Positions 9,480 through 19,400 of a stretch of 64,000 bases of DNA are shown here, piece by piece. The notes under the pieces are model-generated. The model did not search any database. It saw only the letters and a list, made by a program, of their open reading frames with translations, and was not told the origin of the DNA. Position numbers and translations under genes: made by a program. Source of the stretch: an uncultured beta proteobacterium (lineage in GTDB: Bacteria > Pseudomonadota > Gammaproteobacteria > Burkholderiales > Casimicrobiaceae); the NCBI GenBank assembly GCA_963734575.1, contig CAVTHT010000007.1, forward strand, positions 96,549 to 160,548. The letters are read 5' to 3'. Within the stretch, counting starts at the first letter, position 1. Every line of letters starts with the position of its first letter.

Positions 9480-11006
9480 ATGGCGCTCGCCGTGCTGCAT
9501 TCGCGCGCCCTCGCGGGCGTGCACGCACCTCCGGTGGTCGTCGAGGTGCACCTCTCCGGTGGGCTGCCCGCCTTCAATCTCGTCGGCCTTCCCGATACCG
9601 AGGTGAAGGAGGCGCGCGACCGCGTCCGCGCCGCGCTGCACAACACGAACTTCGAATTCCCGGCGCGAAAAATCACCGTCAACCTCGCGCCGGCGGATCT
9701 TCCCAAGGAGTCCGGGCGGTTCGATCTGCCGATCGCACTGGGCATCCTGATCGCGACGGGACAGCTTCCTGCGCGCGGACTGGATGATTGCGAGTTCGCC
9801 GGGGAGCTCGCGCTGACGGGCGCATTGCGGGCGGTGCGCGGTGCGCTGCCGATGGCGATGGCCGCGCACCGTGCCGGACGCAGCTTCATCCTGCCGCTCG
9901 AGAGCGCGACGGAGGCAGGACTGGTGCGCGATGCCGCGGTGTTCGGTGCGCGTGACCTGCTGCAGGTGTGTGCGCACCTCGCCGGTGACGCACCGCTGCC
10001 GCCGCTCGAGCGCGCCGCCACCGCACCCGCAGCCGGTGCCGGTGAAGAGACCCGCGGCGACCTCGCGGACGTGCGCGGCCAGGCGCACGCGAAGCGCGCG
10101 CTGGTCATTGCCGCCGCCGGCGCGCACAGCCTGTTGATGATCGGTCCGCCCGGCACCGGCAAGACGATGCTTGCGCAGCGCCTGCCGGGAATCCTCCCGC
10201 CGCTTTCGGAGCACGAGTCGCTGGAGACCGCCGCGATCGCCTCGCTCGCGGGTCGATTCTCGCCTGCGCAATGGGGCGTGCCGCCGTACCGGGCGCCGCA
10301 TCACACCGCGAGCGCCGTCGCGCTGGTCGGTGGCGGTGGCGACCCGCGGCCGGGCGAGATCTCACTTGCGCATCACGGCGTGCTCTTCCTCGACGAGCTG
10401 CCGGAATGGGACCGTCGCGTGCTGGAGGTGTTGCGCGAACCCCTGGAGTCGGGCGAGATCCACATCTCGCGTGCCGCGCGCCAGAGCACGTTCCCTGCAC
10501 AGTTCCAGCTCGTCGCGACGATGAACCCGTGCCCGTGCGGCTGGCTCGGCCATCCGAGCGGTCGTTGCCATTGCACGCCGGACCAGGTGCATCGCTACCG
10601 TGCGCGCGTCTCCGGTGCGTTGCTCGACCGCGTCGACATGGGCGTCGAGGTGCCTGCCGTCGACGCGGACGTCCTCGCGGCCGCCGACGGTGATGCCGAC
10701 CGCGCGCTGACGTCAGAAGTCGCGCGCCGCGATGTCGGCTGCGCTCGCGCGGTCCAGCAGTCGCGACAGGGACGGCCCAATGCCCGCCTGCAGCCGCGCG
10801 ATGTGCAGCGCTGGTGTGCGCCCGACGCCGAGGCGAGCGTGGTGCTCGCCGCCGCGATGACGCGGCTGTCGCTGTCGGCGCGCAGCTACCATCGCGTGCT
10901 CAAGGTGGCGCGCACCATCGCGGACCTCGAAGCCAGCGGGACCGTTACGACGAGGCATGTCGCGGAAGCGCTGTCGTATCGCCGCTTCGAGCGCGCGGCA
11001 GCGTGA
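9480..11006 (+). CDS. comM: YifB/ComM family Mg-chelatase-like AAA+ ATPase
   Basis: MALAVLHSRALAGVHAPPVVVEVHLSGGLPAFNLVGLPDTEVKEARDRVRAALHN...DVRGQAHAKRALVIAAAGAHSLLMIGPPGTGKTMLAQRLPGILPPL...GVLFLDELPEW. The ORF is intact. Confidence 0.9.
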   Translation: MALAVLHSRALAGVHAPPVVVEVHLSGGLPAFNLVGLPDTEVKEARDRVRAALHNTNFEFPARKITVNLAPADLPKESGRFDLPIALGILIATGQLPARGLDDCEFAGELALTGALRAVRGALPMAMAAHRAGRSFILPLESATEAGLVRDAAVFGARDLLQVCAHLAGDAPLPPLERAATAPAAGAGEETRGDLADVRGQAHAKRALVIAAAGAHSLLMIGPPGTGKTMLAQRLPGILPPLSEHESLETAAIASLAGRFSPAQWGVPPYRAPHHTASAVALVGGGGDPRPGEISLAHHGVLFLDELPEWDRRVLEVLREPLESGEIHISRAARQSTFPAQFQLVATMNPCPCGWLGHPSGRCHCTPDQVHRYRARVSGALLDRVDMGVEVPAVDADVLAAADGDADRALTSEVARRDVGCARAVQQSRQGRPNARLQPRDVQRWCAPDAEASVVLAAAMTRLSLSARSYHRVLKVARTIADLEASGTVTTRHVAEALSYRRFERAAA

Positions 11007-11028
11007 TCACACGCCGCGCAGCGCCGGG

Positions 11029-12003
11029 TCAGTACACCCGAAACCTCGGCGCGTCGCCGTGCAGCAGCACGCGCTCGACGTTCTTCCAGGCCTCGCGAAA
11101 AAGGAATGCGGCGGACTGGCGCGTGACGCCCGCGATATGCGGCGTGAGCAGCAGACGATGCGCGGCCTCGCCGGTGAGTGAGAGCAAAGGGTTGTCGGCA
11201 GCTGGCGGCTCGGTGGCGTAGACGTCCACCGCGGCGCCGGAGAGTTTCCCTTCGGCCAGACGCGCCGCCAGGGCGCCCTCGTCGACGATGCCGCCGCGCG
11301 CCGCGTTGATCAGCACCGCGCCCGGTTTCATGCGCGACAGTGCCGCGCCATCGATCATGTTGCGCGTGTCCTCGAGCAGCGGCACGTGAAGCGACACGAT
11401 GTCCGCGGCGGCGAGGAGCGCGTCGAACGCCATGCGCTGCGCCCAGGCCGGGACGCTCTCGCCGGTCTCGCCTGCGGGGTCGTAGAACGCGATGCGACAC
11501 CCGGCACGATGGAACGCGTGCGCGACGGCCTTGCCGATGGTGCCCATCCCGACGATGCCCACGAGCAATCCTTCGAGGCCGCCCACGTTGTCGGTGATGA
11601 GGCGCGCGCGGAACGCGCTGTAGTTGCCGCTGCGGATCTCGTCGTTCGACCACGCAAAGCGGCGCAGGAGGGATGCCGCCGCCGTCACGGCGTACTCGGC
11701 GACGGCGTCGTTGCTGCCCCCGGGCACGTTGGCGACGGGTACGCCCTGCGCGACCAGCGCCGCGCGGTCGAGTCGATCGACCCCGGCGCCCGTGACCTGC
11801 ACCAGCGACAGTCGACCGCCCGCGAAGAGTTCCGCCCCAAGCTTCGGCCCGACGGCCGGCATCACGAGCGCCGCCACCTTGCGCATGAGCGCGGGCACGT
11901 CCGCATCGGCCGGCGCGCGGTAATGCACGTCGAGATCGAACGGTGGCGTGACGCCGACGCGAGCGAAGTCCGCGGCGGGACGCAGGCAAAGGACTTCCGG
12001 CAT
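11029..12003 (-). CDS. D-isomer-specific 2-hydroxyacid dehydrogenase (NAD-binding)
   Basis: GIVGMGTIGKAVAHAF (GxGxxG)...LLAAADIVSLHVPLLEDTRNMIDGAALSRMKPGAVLINAARGGIVDEGALAARL...TPHIAG. The catalytic R/E/H triad is in context. Confidence 0.8.
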   Translation of the reverse strand: MPEVLCLRPAADFARVGVTPPFDLDVHYRAPADADVPALMRKVAALVMPAVGPKLGAELFAGGRLSLVQVTGAGVDRLDRAALVAQGVPVANVPGGSNDAVAEYAVTAAASLLRRFAWSNDEIRSGNYSAFRARLITDNVGGLEGLLVGIVGMGTIGKAVAHAFHRAGCRIAFYDPAGETGESVPAWAQRMAFDALLAAADIVSLHVPLLEDTRNMIDGAALSRMKPGAVLINAARGGIVDEGALAARLAEGKLSGAAVDVYATEPPAADNPLLSLTGEAAHRLLLTPHIAGVTRQSAAFLFREAWKNVERVLLHGDAPRFRVY

Positions 12004-12392
12004 CACGATGCTTTCGTGGACGCGGGCCCCGGCTCTTCGGTGCCGGGCCGGATATCGCCGACGGGGAAGAAGCAGAGCAGCACCAGGGGCTCGTCGCCGA
12101 TGTTGCGCGTGGCGTGCCATTCGCCCGGCGGCACGAGGATGGTGTCGCCCGGGCCAACCGCGATGTCATTGCCGTCGAAGGAGGTCATGCCACGGCCGGA
12201 AAGCACGTGAATGCATTCCTCGAAGTCGGCGTGCCGGTGCGGCGCCCGTGCCGCGTCGGTGGACGTGGCGACCGGAATCTCCACCCGCCGCAGGGTGACA
12301 CCGGTGGCGCCCTGCGCCGCCGAGACGATCTCGTGCGACGTGCGACCGGGAAGCGCGACGCGCTTGGCTTCCGAGAGCCGGATGACGCGCAT
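12003..12392 (-). CDS. Cupin-domain protein
   Basis: MRVIRLSEAKRV...APHRHADFEECIHVLSGRGMTSFDGNDIAVGPGDTILVPPGEWHATRN, a two-His cupin motif. The start overlaps the downstream gene. Confidence 0.65.
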   Translation of the reverse strand: MRVIRLSEAKRVALPGRTSHEIVSAAQGATGVTLRRVEIPVATSTDAARAPHRHADFEECIHVLSGRGMTSFDGNDIAVGPGDTILVPPGEWHATRNIGDEPLVLLCFFPVGDIRPGTEEPGPASTKAS

Positions 12393-12393
12393 G

Positions 12394-13221
12394 TCACCCG
12401 ACCTGGCGCAACCGCGTGATCTCCGCCGTTCCGCCCTGCGCCTCGTCGAGGAGACGGAAGAGCTCGGCGGATTCCTGCGCGATCGCCCCGGCGATGTCGT
12501 TGAGCATGCGCACGCCCTTCTCGACCGTGGCGTGCTGCGGCGCGCCGTACCAGCCCGTGGGTGCAATGGTCCGGATGTCGCGCAGGACGGGCTGGTAGCT
12601 TCGCGTGCGCCGCAGCTTGTCCCACTTGCGGCCCTGCGCATGGTCGGACGAGTACTCGATGCGGTCGAGGTGAACGAGATCGGGACGATGTGCGAGGACC
12701 GCGAGCGCCTCGATCTCGCCACCGTGCGTGAGGCCTCCGCAGTCGTGCCCGTACAGCTCCGCCGCGACGTAGCAGGCCTGCACCGTGAGGACGCTCATGT
12801 GGTGCTCGCGGTGCAGCGCCTCGGCCGCGATCGCAAGGGAGGGGATGTTGCCTTCGTGCCAGTTGAGGATCAGCAGGTACTTCGCGCCGTGCTTCGCCGT
12901 GGAGGCGCAGGTTTCCACCACCACGCGCTGGTAGGTTTCGGGTGTGAGGGTGATCGTGCCCTCGAACGGCATGTGCATCGGCGTGACGCCGAGCGGCCCG
13001 CCGGGCAGCACGACGCCGTCCATGCGCTCGGCGACGGCATGCCCGATGACGTTCGAGGCAAAGATGTCGGTGCCGGTGGGCAGATGCGGCCCGTGCTGCT
13101 CCACGCTGCCGGCGGGCAGGATGACCAGCGGGTGGCGCCTGAACTGCGCCGCGATCTCGGGCTGCGTGAGCTCCCAGAAATAGCGGCTCGCCGGGACGGC
13201 GGTCGGTGCGTCGCCCATCAT
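12394..13221 (-). CDS. Creatininase-family amidohydrolase
   Basis: MMGDAPTAVPASRYFWELTQPEIAAQFRRHPLVILPAGSVEQHGPHLPTGTDIFASNVIGHAV...LILNWHEGN...GHDCGGLTHGGEIE. The start ATG overlaps the upstream stop (ATGA at 13218-13221). Confidence 0.75.
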   Translation of the reverse strand: MMGDAPTAVPASRYFWELTQPEIAAQFRRHPLVILPAGSVEQHGPHLPTGTDIFASNVIGHAVAERMDGVVLPGGPLGVTPMHMPFEGTITLTPETYQRVVVETCASTAKHGAKYLLILNWHEGNIPSLAIAAEALHREHHMSVLTVQACYVAAELYGHDCGGLTHGGEIEALAVLAHRPDLVHLDRIEYSSDHAQGRKWDKLRRTRSYQPVLRDIRTIAPTGWYGAPQHATVEKGVRMLNDIAGAIAQESAELFRLLDEAQGGTAEITRLRQVG

Positions 13222-14306
13222 GCAGCCACGGACTCGAGCCCGATCTTCGCCCGCGTTTCCTCGAGCACGTCCGCGACGCGCACGGCCTGACCCTTGCGGT
13301 CGATGGAGCGCAGGGCGGCGTTGACCACCGACACGGCGACGTTGCCGTTGTACGCGGTGAGCTCGTTCTCGCGGCCGGTCGTGCAGCTGCCGGCGAACAT
13401 CTCGAGCTCGGCGCGGAACATGTCGCTTTCGGGCAGCGCGATTTCCTCGCGCTTGGCATAGCCGTTCTTGCCGCGCTGCACGTACAGCGTCGAGCTCTGG
13501 TGCAATAGATGCGGTGTGTCCCAGGTTCCGAAGTCGATCTCGTAATGCACGAGCGCCTTCGAACCGAAGACGCGGACCGCGAACACCCCGGGCGAAGTCC
13601 AGCACGACCCGACGTAGCCGACCTTGCCGTCGGCGAACTTGAGCAGCGTCATCGACTGGTCGTCGACCTCCGCACCTACCGGCGAGAGCTTGGAGGCCAT
13701 CGACGACACCTCGGCGATCTCGCCGCCGAGAAGATGCAGCACGTCGAACTGGTGGATCGCGAGCTGTGACAGCGGCCCGCCGGGAGCGCGGCTCTTGTAC
13801 CAGCGCCAAGTGTTCGGCGTGAGCTCGAGTGCGCGCTCGTTGGAGAAGTTCGCCTCGATGAACGCCACGCGTCCGAGCTCGCCGCGCTCCGCCATGTCCT
13901 TGATGATCCGGATGCCGGCCATCAGGCGCGCGCTGTGGCCCACGGTGACGGTGATGCCGAACTGCTGCTGCAGCGCACCGAGCCTGAGACCGTCCTCGAG
14001 AGTGTGGGCGATCGGCTTCTCGGTGTAGACGTGCTTCCCGGCGCGCGCGACCTGCTCGGCGACGGGCAGGTGCTGCTCGTTGGGCACGGTGAGGATGACG
14101 CCCTTGATCTCGGGATCGGCGAGCATCTGCGCGAGCTCGGCCACCGCCGGCACGCCCATCTCGCTCGCGAAGGCCTGCCGCTTCTCCTCGGAGCGGCTGA
14201 AGGCCGACACCACCTGGATCCGGTCGGATTGCTTCGCGGCGCGCGTGAGCACCTTCGCCCAGCGGCCGAGCCCGACGATACCTACCTTCACTGGACCTGC
14301 AGCCAT
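13218..14306 (-). CDS. Gfo/Idh/MocA-family NAD(P)-dependent oxidoreductase
   Basis: MAAGPVKVGIVGLGRWAKVLTRAAKQSDRIQVVSAFSRSEEKRQAFASEMGV...HVYTEKPIAHTLEDG. This is an N-terminal Rossmann fold with the EKP motif. The ORF is intact at 362 aa. Confidence 0.85.
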   Translation of the reverse strand: MAAGPVKVGIVGLGRWAKVLTRAAKQSDRIQVVSAFSRSEEKRQAFASEMGVPAVAELAQMLADPEIKGVILTVPNEQHLPVAEQVARAGKHVYTEKPIAHTLEDGLRLGALQQQFGITVTVGHSARLMAGIRIIKDMAERGELGRVAFIEANFSNERALELTPNTWRWYKSRAPGGPLSQLAIHQFDVLHLLGGEIAEVSSMASKLSPVGAEVDDQSMTLLKFADGKVGYVGSCWTSPGVFAVRVFGSKALVHYEIDFGTWDTPHLLHQSSTLYVQRGKNGYAKREEIALPESDMFRAELEMFAGSCTTGRENELTAYNGNVAVSVVNAALRSIDRKGQAVRVADVLEETRAKIGLESVAA

Positions 14307-14363
14307 TCGATCTCCCCGGTTCGCGTCGGGCGCGCTGGACGTCCCGGCGCGCTCAGTTGTAAT

Positions 14364-14373
14364 ATCATATGAT
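14364..14373. promoter_or_regulatory. Perfect 10-bp palindrome ATCATATGAT in divergent promoter region (candidate GntR/FCD operator)
   Basis: ttgtaatATCATATGATcgtatgac lies between the minus-strand operon start (14306) and the gntR ATG (14377). It is AT-rich within 70% GC DNA. Confidence 0.45.
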
Positions 14374-14376
14374 CGT

Positions 14377-15138
14377 ATGACGAACCGGTCAAACCTGCTC
14401 CCCGACCCGCCGCCGCTTCCCGCCGTGCGCCGCTCGCTTGCGCCGCTGCGCGAGCAGGTGCTGGATCAGGTCCGCGAGGCCATCGTCGACGGCCGGCTGG
14501 CGCCGGGCGCGCGCCTCATCGAGCGCTCGCTCATCGACATGCTCGGCGTGTCGCGTACCGTGGTACGCGAGGCGCTGCGGCAGCTCGAATCCGAGGGGCT
14601 CGTCACGACGGACGCGAAGAAGGGCATGGTGGTGCGTGCGCTGACCACCGACGAGGCGCGCGACCTCTACGCCATTCGCGCCCTCCTCGAAGGGCTGGCG
14701 GCACGCCTCTTCGTCGAGCAGGCGACGTCGGCGCAGCGCAAGGCACTCGGCGACGCCCTGCAGGAGACGGTGCGAGCCTACGAAGACGGCGATCCCAATT
14801 CCGTGCTGCGGGCCAAGAACGAGTTCTATCGCCGCCTGTTCGATGGCGCGGGCAGCGAGACGCTCTCGTCGATGCTCGGCATGCTGCACGCGCGCATCTG
14901 GCGCTGGCGTGCGCTCGGCCTCGGCCATCCCAACCGTTCGCAGCGCCGGTCGCGCGAGAGCATCCGCGCGCTGCAGGCGCTCCTCGCGGCCGCGAAGGCC
15001 AACGATGCGGAACGTGCCGAAGCGGTCATGCGCGAGGAATCGACGCGGGCCGGCGCCGAAGTCATGCGCCTCCTCGAGCCGCAGGCCGAGTCACTGCGGC
15101 CGCGCGCTCCGGTGGCGGCCCGGAATTCGAAAAGTTAG
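14377..15138 (+). CDS. GntR-family transcriptional regulator (FadR/FCD subfamily)
   Basis: N-terminal wHTH region: VREAIVDGRLAPGARLIERSLIDMLGVSRTVVREALRQLESEGLV. The C-terminal domain is all-alpha. Confidence 0.85.
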   Translation: MTNRSNLLPDPPPLPAVRRSLAPLREQVLDQVREAIVDGRLAPGARLIERSLIDMLGVSRTVVREALRQLESEGLVTTDAKKGMVVRALTTDEARDLYAIRALLEGLAARLFVEQATSAQRKALGDALQETVRAYEDGDPNSVLRAKNEFYRRLFDGAGSETLSSMLGMLHARIWRWRALGLGHPNRSQRRSRESIRALQALLAAAKANDAERAEAVMREESTRAGAEVMRLLEPQAESLRPRAPVAARNSKS

Positions 15139-15181
15139 GTCGCCGCGTTCCCGACCACGCACTCAACGACGAGGAGAAGCG

Positions 15182-16162
15182 ATGCGCAAGGCAATGTTGT
15201 TGGCCGTCATGATCGCCGGCGTGCTGGCGGTCGGAGCCAGGGGGGCGGTGGGCGCGGAGGGCGACGATTACCCCAGGCGGGCGATCCGCCTGATCCTGCC
15301 CAACGGACCGGGAAGCGCGAACGACGTGCTCGGCCGCATCCTGGCGCTGAAGCTCTCGGAGACGCTCGGGCAGCCGGTCGTCGTCGAGAACCACGCGGGC
15401 GCGGGCGGCGTCGTGGGCATGGAGATCGCGAAGAATTCGGCACCCGACGGCTACACGATCGTGGCCGCCACCCCGGCGGCCACGTCGATCGCCACGAACC
15501 TCCACAAGAAGCTCCCGTACGACCCGCTGAACGATTTCGTCTACATCTCGACCTATGCCGTGCTGCCGAACATGCTCGTGGTCACGCCATCGCTGCCGGT
15601 GAAGAACCTGCAGGAGCTGATCGACTATGCGAAGAGCGCGAAGTCGGACGTGTTCATGGCGTCGGCGGGTCCGGGATCGCAAAGCCACCTCGCCGGCGCC
15701 ATGCTCACGCAGGCCGGCGCATTCCCTTCGGTGCACGTGCCGTACAAGGGCGGCGGCGCGTCGGTGCTCGCGGTGATCTCCGGCGAAGCGCAATGGACCA
15801 TCACGCCGGCGTCGTCGGTGGTGGGGCAGGCGAAGAGCGGAACGGTACGCGCGATCGCGCAAAGCCTGCCGCAGCGCACGCCTCTCCTGCCGGACATCCC
15901 CACGGTGGCGGAGACCGTTCCGGGTTACAGCTACAGCGCGTGGAATGGTCTGATCGTCCCCAAGGGCACCCCACCGGCCGTCGTTGCGAAACTCCGCGCG
16001 GCGCTCCTGAAGACCGTGAGCCTGCCCGAAGTCCGGGACGGTTTCGCGAAACAGGGAGCCGAGGTCGTCACGAGTACGGCGGACGATTTTCGCAAGCTCG
16101 TGCAGGACGAGATGGAGTCCACCGGGCGCGTCGTGAAGGCCACGGGGCTGAAGGTGGAATGA
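15182..16162 (+). CDS. Bug/TctC-family tripartite tricarboxylate transporter substrate-binding protein (no tctAB adjacent)
   Basis: MRKAMLLAVMIAGVLAVGARGAVGAEGDDYPRRAIRLILPNGPGSANDVLGRILALKLSETLGQPVVVENHAGAGG...GYTIVAATPAAT. The protein is 326 aa and carries a signal peptide. Confidence 0.85.
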   Translation: MRKAMLLAVMIAGVLAVGARGAVGAEGDDYPRRAIRLILPNGPGSANDVLGRILALKLSETLGQPVVVENHAGAGGVVGMEIAKNSAPDGYTIVAATPAATSIATNLHKKLPYDPLNDFVYISTYAVLPNMLVVTPSLPVKNLQELIDYAKSAKSDVFMASAGPGSQSHLAGAMLTQAGAFPSVHVPYKGGGASVLAVISGEAQWTITPASSVVGQAKSGTVRAIAQSLPQRTPLLPDIPTVAETVPGYSYSAWNGLIVPKGTPPAVVAKLRAALLKTVSLPEVRDGFAKQGAEVVTSTADDFRKLVQDEMESTGRVVKATGLKVE

Positions 16163-16246
16163 CGCGCTCGCTTGGCGCGCACGCGTAACCGCCGGCCGTC
16201 GCGGTTCGCGCGGCGCGCCGCGCTTTCGTGTGCCGGCGATGTACGG

Positions 16247-16275
16247 AATGGGCCTGCGGAGGGCCCATTTTTTCG
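16247..16275 (+). terminator. Rho-independent terminator after tctC-like gene
   Basis: aatgggcctgcggagggcccattttttcg: a GGGCC stem with a GCGGAG loop, followed by a T7 run. Confidence 0.75.
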
Positions 16276-16411
16276 GGACGAGGTTGAACCGCGGCCCGGA
16301 CGACGCCTCTAACGGGCTGCCAGGCGCGATCCTTACCGGCCACGTACCGGTTGCGTCCCCGGGCGCACTCTCCGGACGGGCGCGGGGCCTCCGCTATACT
16401 TCTTTGTTCCC

Positions 16412-19400
16412 ATGAACGCCATCACGGAACGCTTCCTGCAAGCCGGGCAAGCCGACGCACCGCGTCTGCGCGAGATCCCGTACAACTACACCTCGTTCTC
16501 CGATCGCGAGATCGTCATCCGCCTGCTCGGCGCCGACATGTGGCGCACGGTCGAGGAGCTGCGAGGCGAGCGGCGCACGGGCCGCTCTGCACGGATGCTG
16601 TTCGAGGTGCTCGGCGACATCTGGGTCGTCGAGCGCAATCCTTACCTGCAGGACGATCTCCTGCAGAACAGGAAACGCCAGCAGCTCCTCGTCGACGCGC
16701 TGCGCCACCGGCTGCGCGAGATCGACAGGCGCCGCGGCGAGTACGCGGAAGCCGATCCGGAGCGCGACGCCAAGGTGGGACGCCTCGTCGAGTCCGCACA
16801 TGGCGCCGTCGACCGCTTCGCCCGCTCGTTCGGCGAGATCACGCAGCTGCGGCGCAGGACCCGGCAGGTGCTGTCGCGCTACACCGCGCGGGACAACATC
16901 GCATTCGACGGCCTCGCGCGCGTCTCGCATGTCACCGATGCCACGGACTGGCGCGTGGAATACCCGTTCGTCGTGCTGCTGCCCGATACCGAGGCCGAGG
17001 TGCGCGGGATCGTCGAAGGCTGCATCGAGCTCGGCCTCACCATCATTCCGCGCGGCGGCGGCACCGGCTACACGGGCGGCGCGATTCCGCTGACCGCGCG
17101 CTCCGCGGTGATCAACGTGGAGAAGCTCGAGCGGCTGTCCGTCGTCGAGCGCGTGCCGTTGCGGGGGCATCCCAACCCGATACCGACCATCGAGGCCGGC
17201 GCGGGCGTGGTCACCAAGCGCGTGATGGACGTCGCCGAGCGCGAATCGCTCGTGTTCGCCGTCGATCCCACGTCGGCGGACGCCTCGTGCATCGGCGGCA
17301 ATGTCGCCATGAACGCGGGCGGCAAGAAGGCCGTGCTGTGGGGCACGGCGCTCGACAACCTGCTCTCGTGGAAGATGGTGACGCCCGACGCCGACTGGCT
17401 CGAAGTCACGCGCGTCGACCACAACCTCGGCAAGATCCACGACGCCGCTTCCGCCACGTTCGAGCTCGTGTGGTACGAGCGCGACGGCAAGACGGCGCGG
17501 CGGCGCGAGACGCTCGCCATCCCGGGGCCGGATTTCCGTCGCGTGGGTCTCGGCAAGGACGTCACGGACAAGTTCCTCGCGGGCCTGCCGGGCATCCAGA
17601 AGGAAGGCTGCGACGGCATCATCACGTCCGCACGGTTCGTCCTGCACCGGATGCCGCCGGCGATCCGCACCGTGTGCCTCGAGTTCTTCGGCCAGGTGCG
17701 CGATTCGACGCCCGCGATCGTGGAGATCAAGACCTTCCTCGACGCCCGGCCGCACGGCGCCATCCTCGCCGGCCTCGAGCACCTCGACGAGCGCTACGTG
17801 CGCGCGGTGGGCTATGCGACCAAGGCCAAGCGCCACGGCTGTCCGAAGATGGTGCTGCTGGGCGACATCGTGGGCGAGACCGAGGACGCCGTCGCGAAGG
17901 CAGCTTCGGAAGTCGTGCGGATCGCCAACGCGCGCGGCGGCGAGGGCTTCATCGCCGTGTCGCCGGAGACCCGCAAGCGCTTCTGGCTCGATCGCTCGCG
18001 CACGGCAGCGATCGCCAAGCACACCAACGCCTTCAAGATCAACGAGGACGTGGTCATTCCGCTCGAGCGCCTCGGCGACTACACGGACGGCGTGGAGCGC
18101 ATCAACATCGAGCTGTCGATCCAGAACAAGCTGCGGCTGTGCGACGCGCTCGCGGATTTCTTTCGCGGGCCGATGCCCGATGCGGGCGACGAAAAGCGCA
18201 TCGCGGAGGAGATCGTCAGTGCCAAGCTCGACGAGGCGCGCGCCCTGGTACAGACCACGCGCGAGCGCTGGCAGGACCTGCTGCAGCGCATGGACGAAAC
18301 GTTTCCCGCGCTGCAGGACCATTCGGTCGTCGTGTCGTGGAAGACCGAGCTCAAGGCGCAGCTCGACGAGATCTTCTCGGGCATCGCGTTCGTCGCGATC
18401 CGCAACCGATACACGGGGATCCACAAGGAGATCCTGCGCAGCCGCGTGTTCATCGCGCTGCACATGCATGCCGGCGATGGCAACGTGCACACCAACATCC
18501 CGGTCAACTCCGACGATTACGGGATGCTGCAGCAAGCGAATGCCGCGGTGGCGCGCATCATGCGCCTCGCGCGCGACCTCGATGGCGTGATCTCGGGCGA
18601 GCATGGCATCGGCGTGACCAAGATCGAATACCTCACGCCGGAAGAGATCGCGCCGTTCGCCGAGTACAAGCGGCGCGTCGATCCCGAAGGACGCTTCAAC
18701 GCCGGCAAGCTGCTGGCGGGCGCGGACCTGCGCAACGCATACACGCCGAGCTTCAGCCTGCTCGGCGCCGAGAGCCTGATCCTCGAGCAGTCCGAGACGG
18801 GCGACATCCTCGACTCGATCAAGGACTGCCTGCGCTGCGGCAAGTGCAAGCCCGTGTGCGCAACCCACGTGCCGCGCGCCAACCTGCTCTACAGCCCGCG
18901 CAACAAGATCCTGGGCACGTCGCTGCTCGTCGAGGCGTTCCTGTACGAGGAGCAGACGCGCCGTGGCGTGAGCCTGCGGCACTTCGACGAGTTCCGCGAC
19001 GTGGCGGAGCACTGCACCGTCTGCCACAAGTGCGAGCGGCCGTGTCCGGTGGACATCGATTTCGGCAACGTGTCGATCGCCATGCGCAATCTGCTGCGGC
19101 GCGAAGGCAAGCAGGAGACGAGCCTCGCCACCCGGGCGGCGATGTTCTTCCTCTCCGCCACGGATCCGACGACCATCAAGCTCACCAAGACGGCGATGAT
19201 CGACTTCGGTTATCGCGCACAGCGCCTCGCGCACGGCGTCGCGAAGCGGCTCGGCCTGACGCAGGCGCAGACGAAGCGCCCGCCATCGACAACCGGACGC
19301 GCTCCCGTCATTGCGCAGGTGATCCACTTCATCAACAAGCCGATGCCCGGCGGCCTGCCGAAGCGCACGTCGCGTGCGCTCCTCGACATCGAGGACGAGA

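Noticed and set aside
12185-13459. 424-aa minus-strand ORF overlapping creatininase/oxidoreductase genes in another frame
   Set aside because: It is an alternative-frame artefact. The in-frame genes have clear family signatures and coupled start/stop codons.
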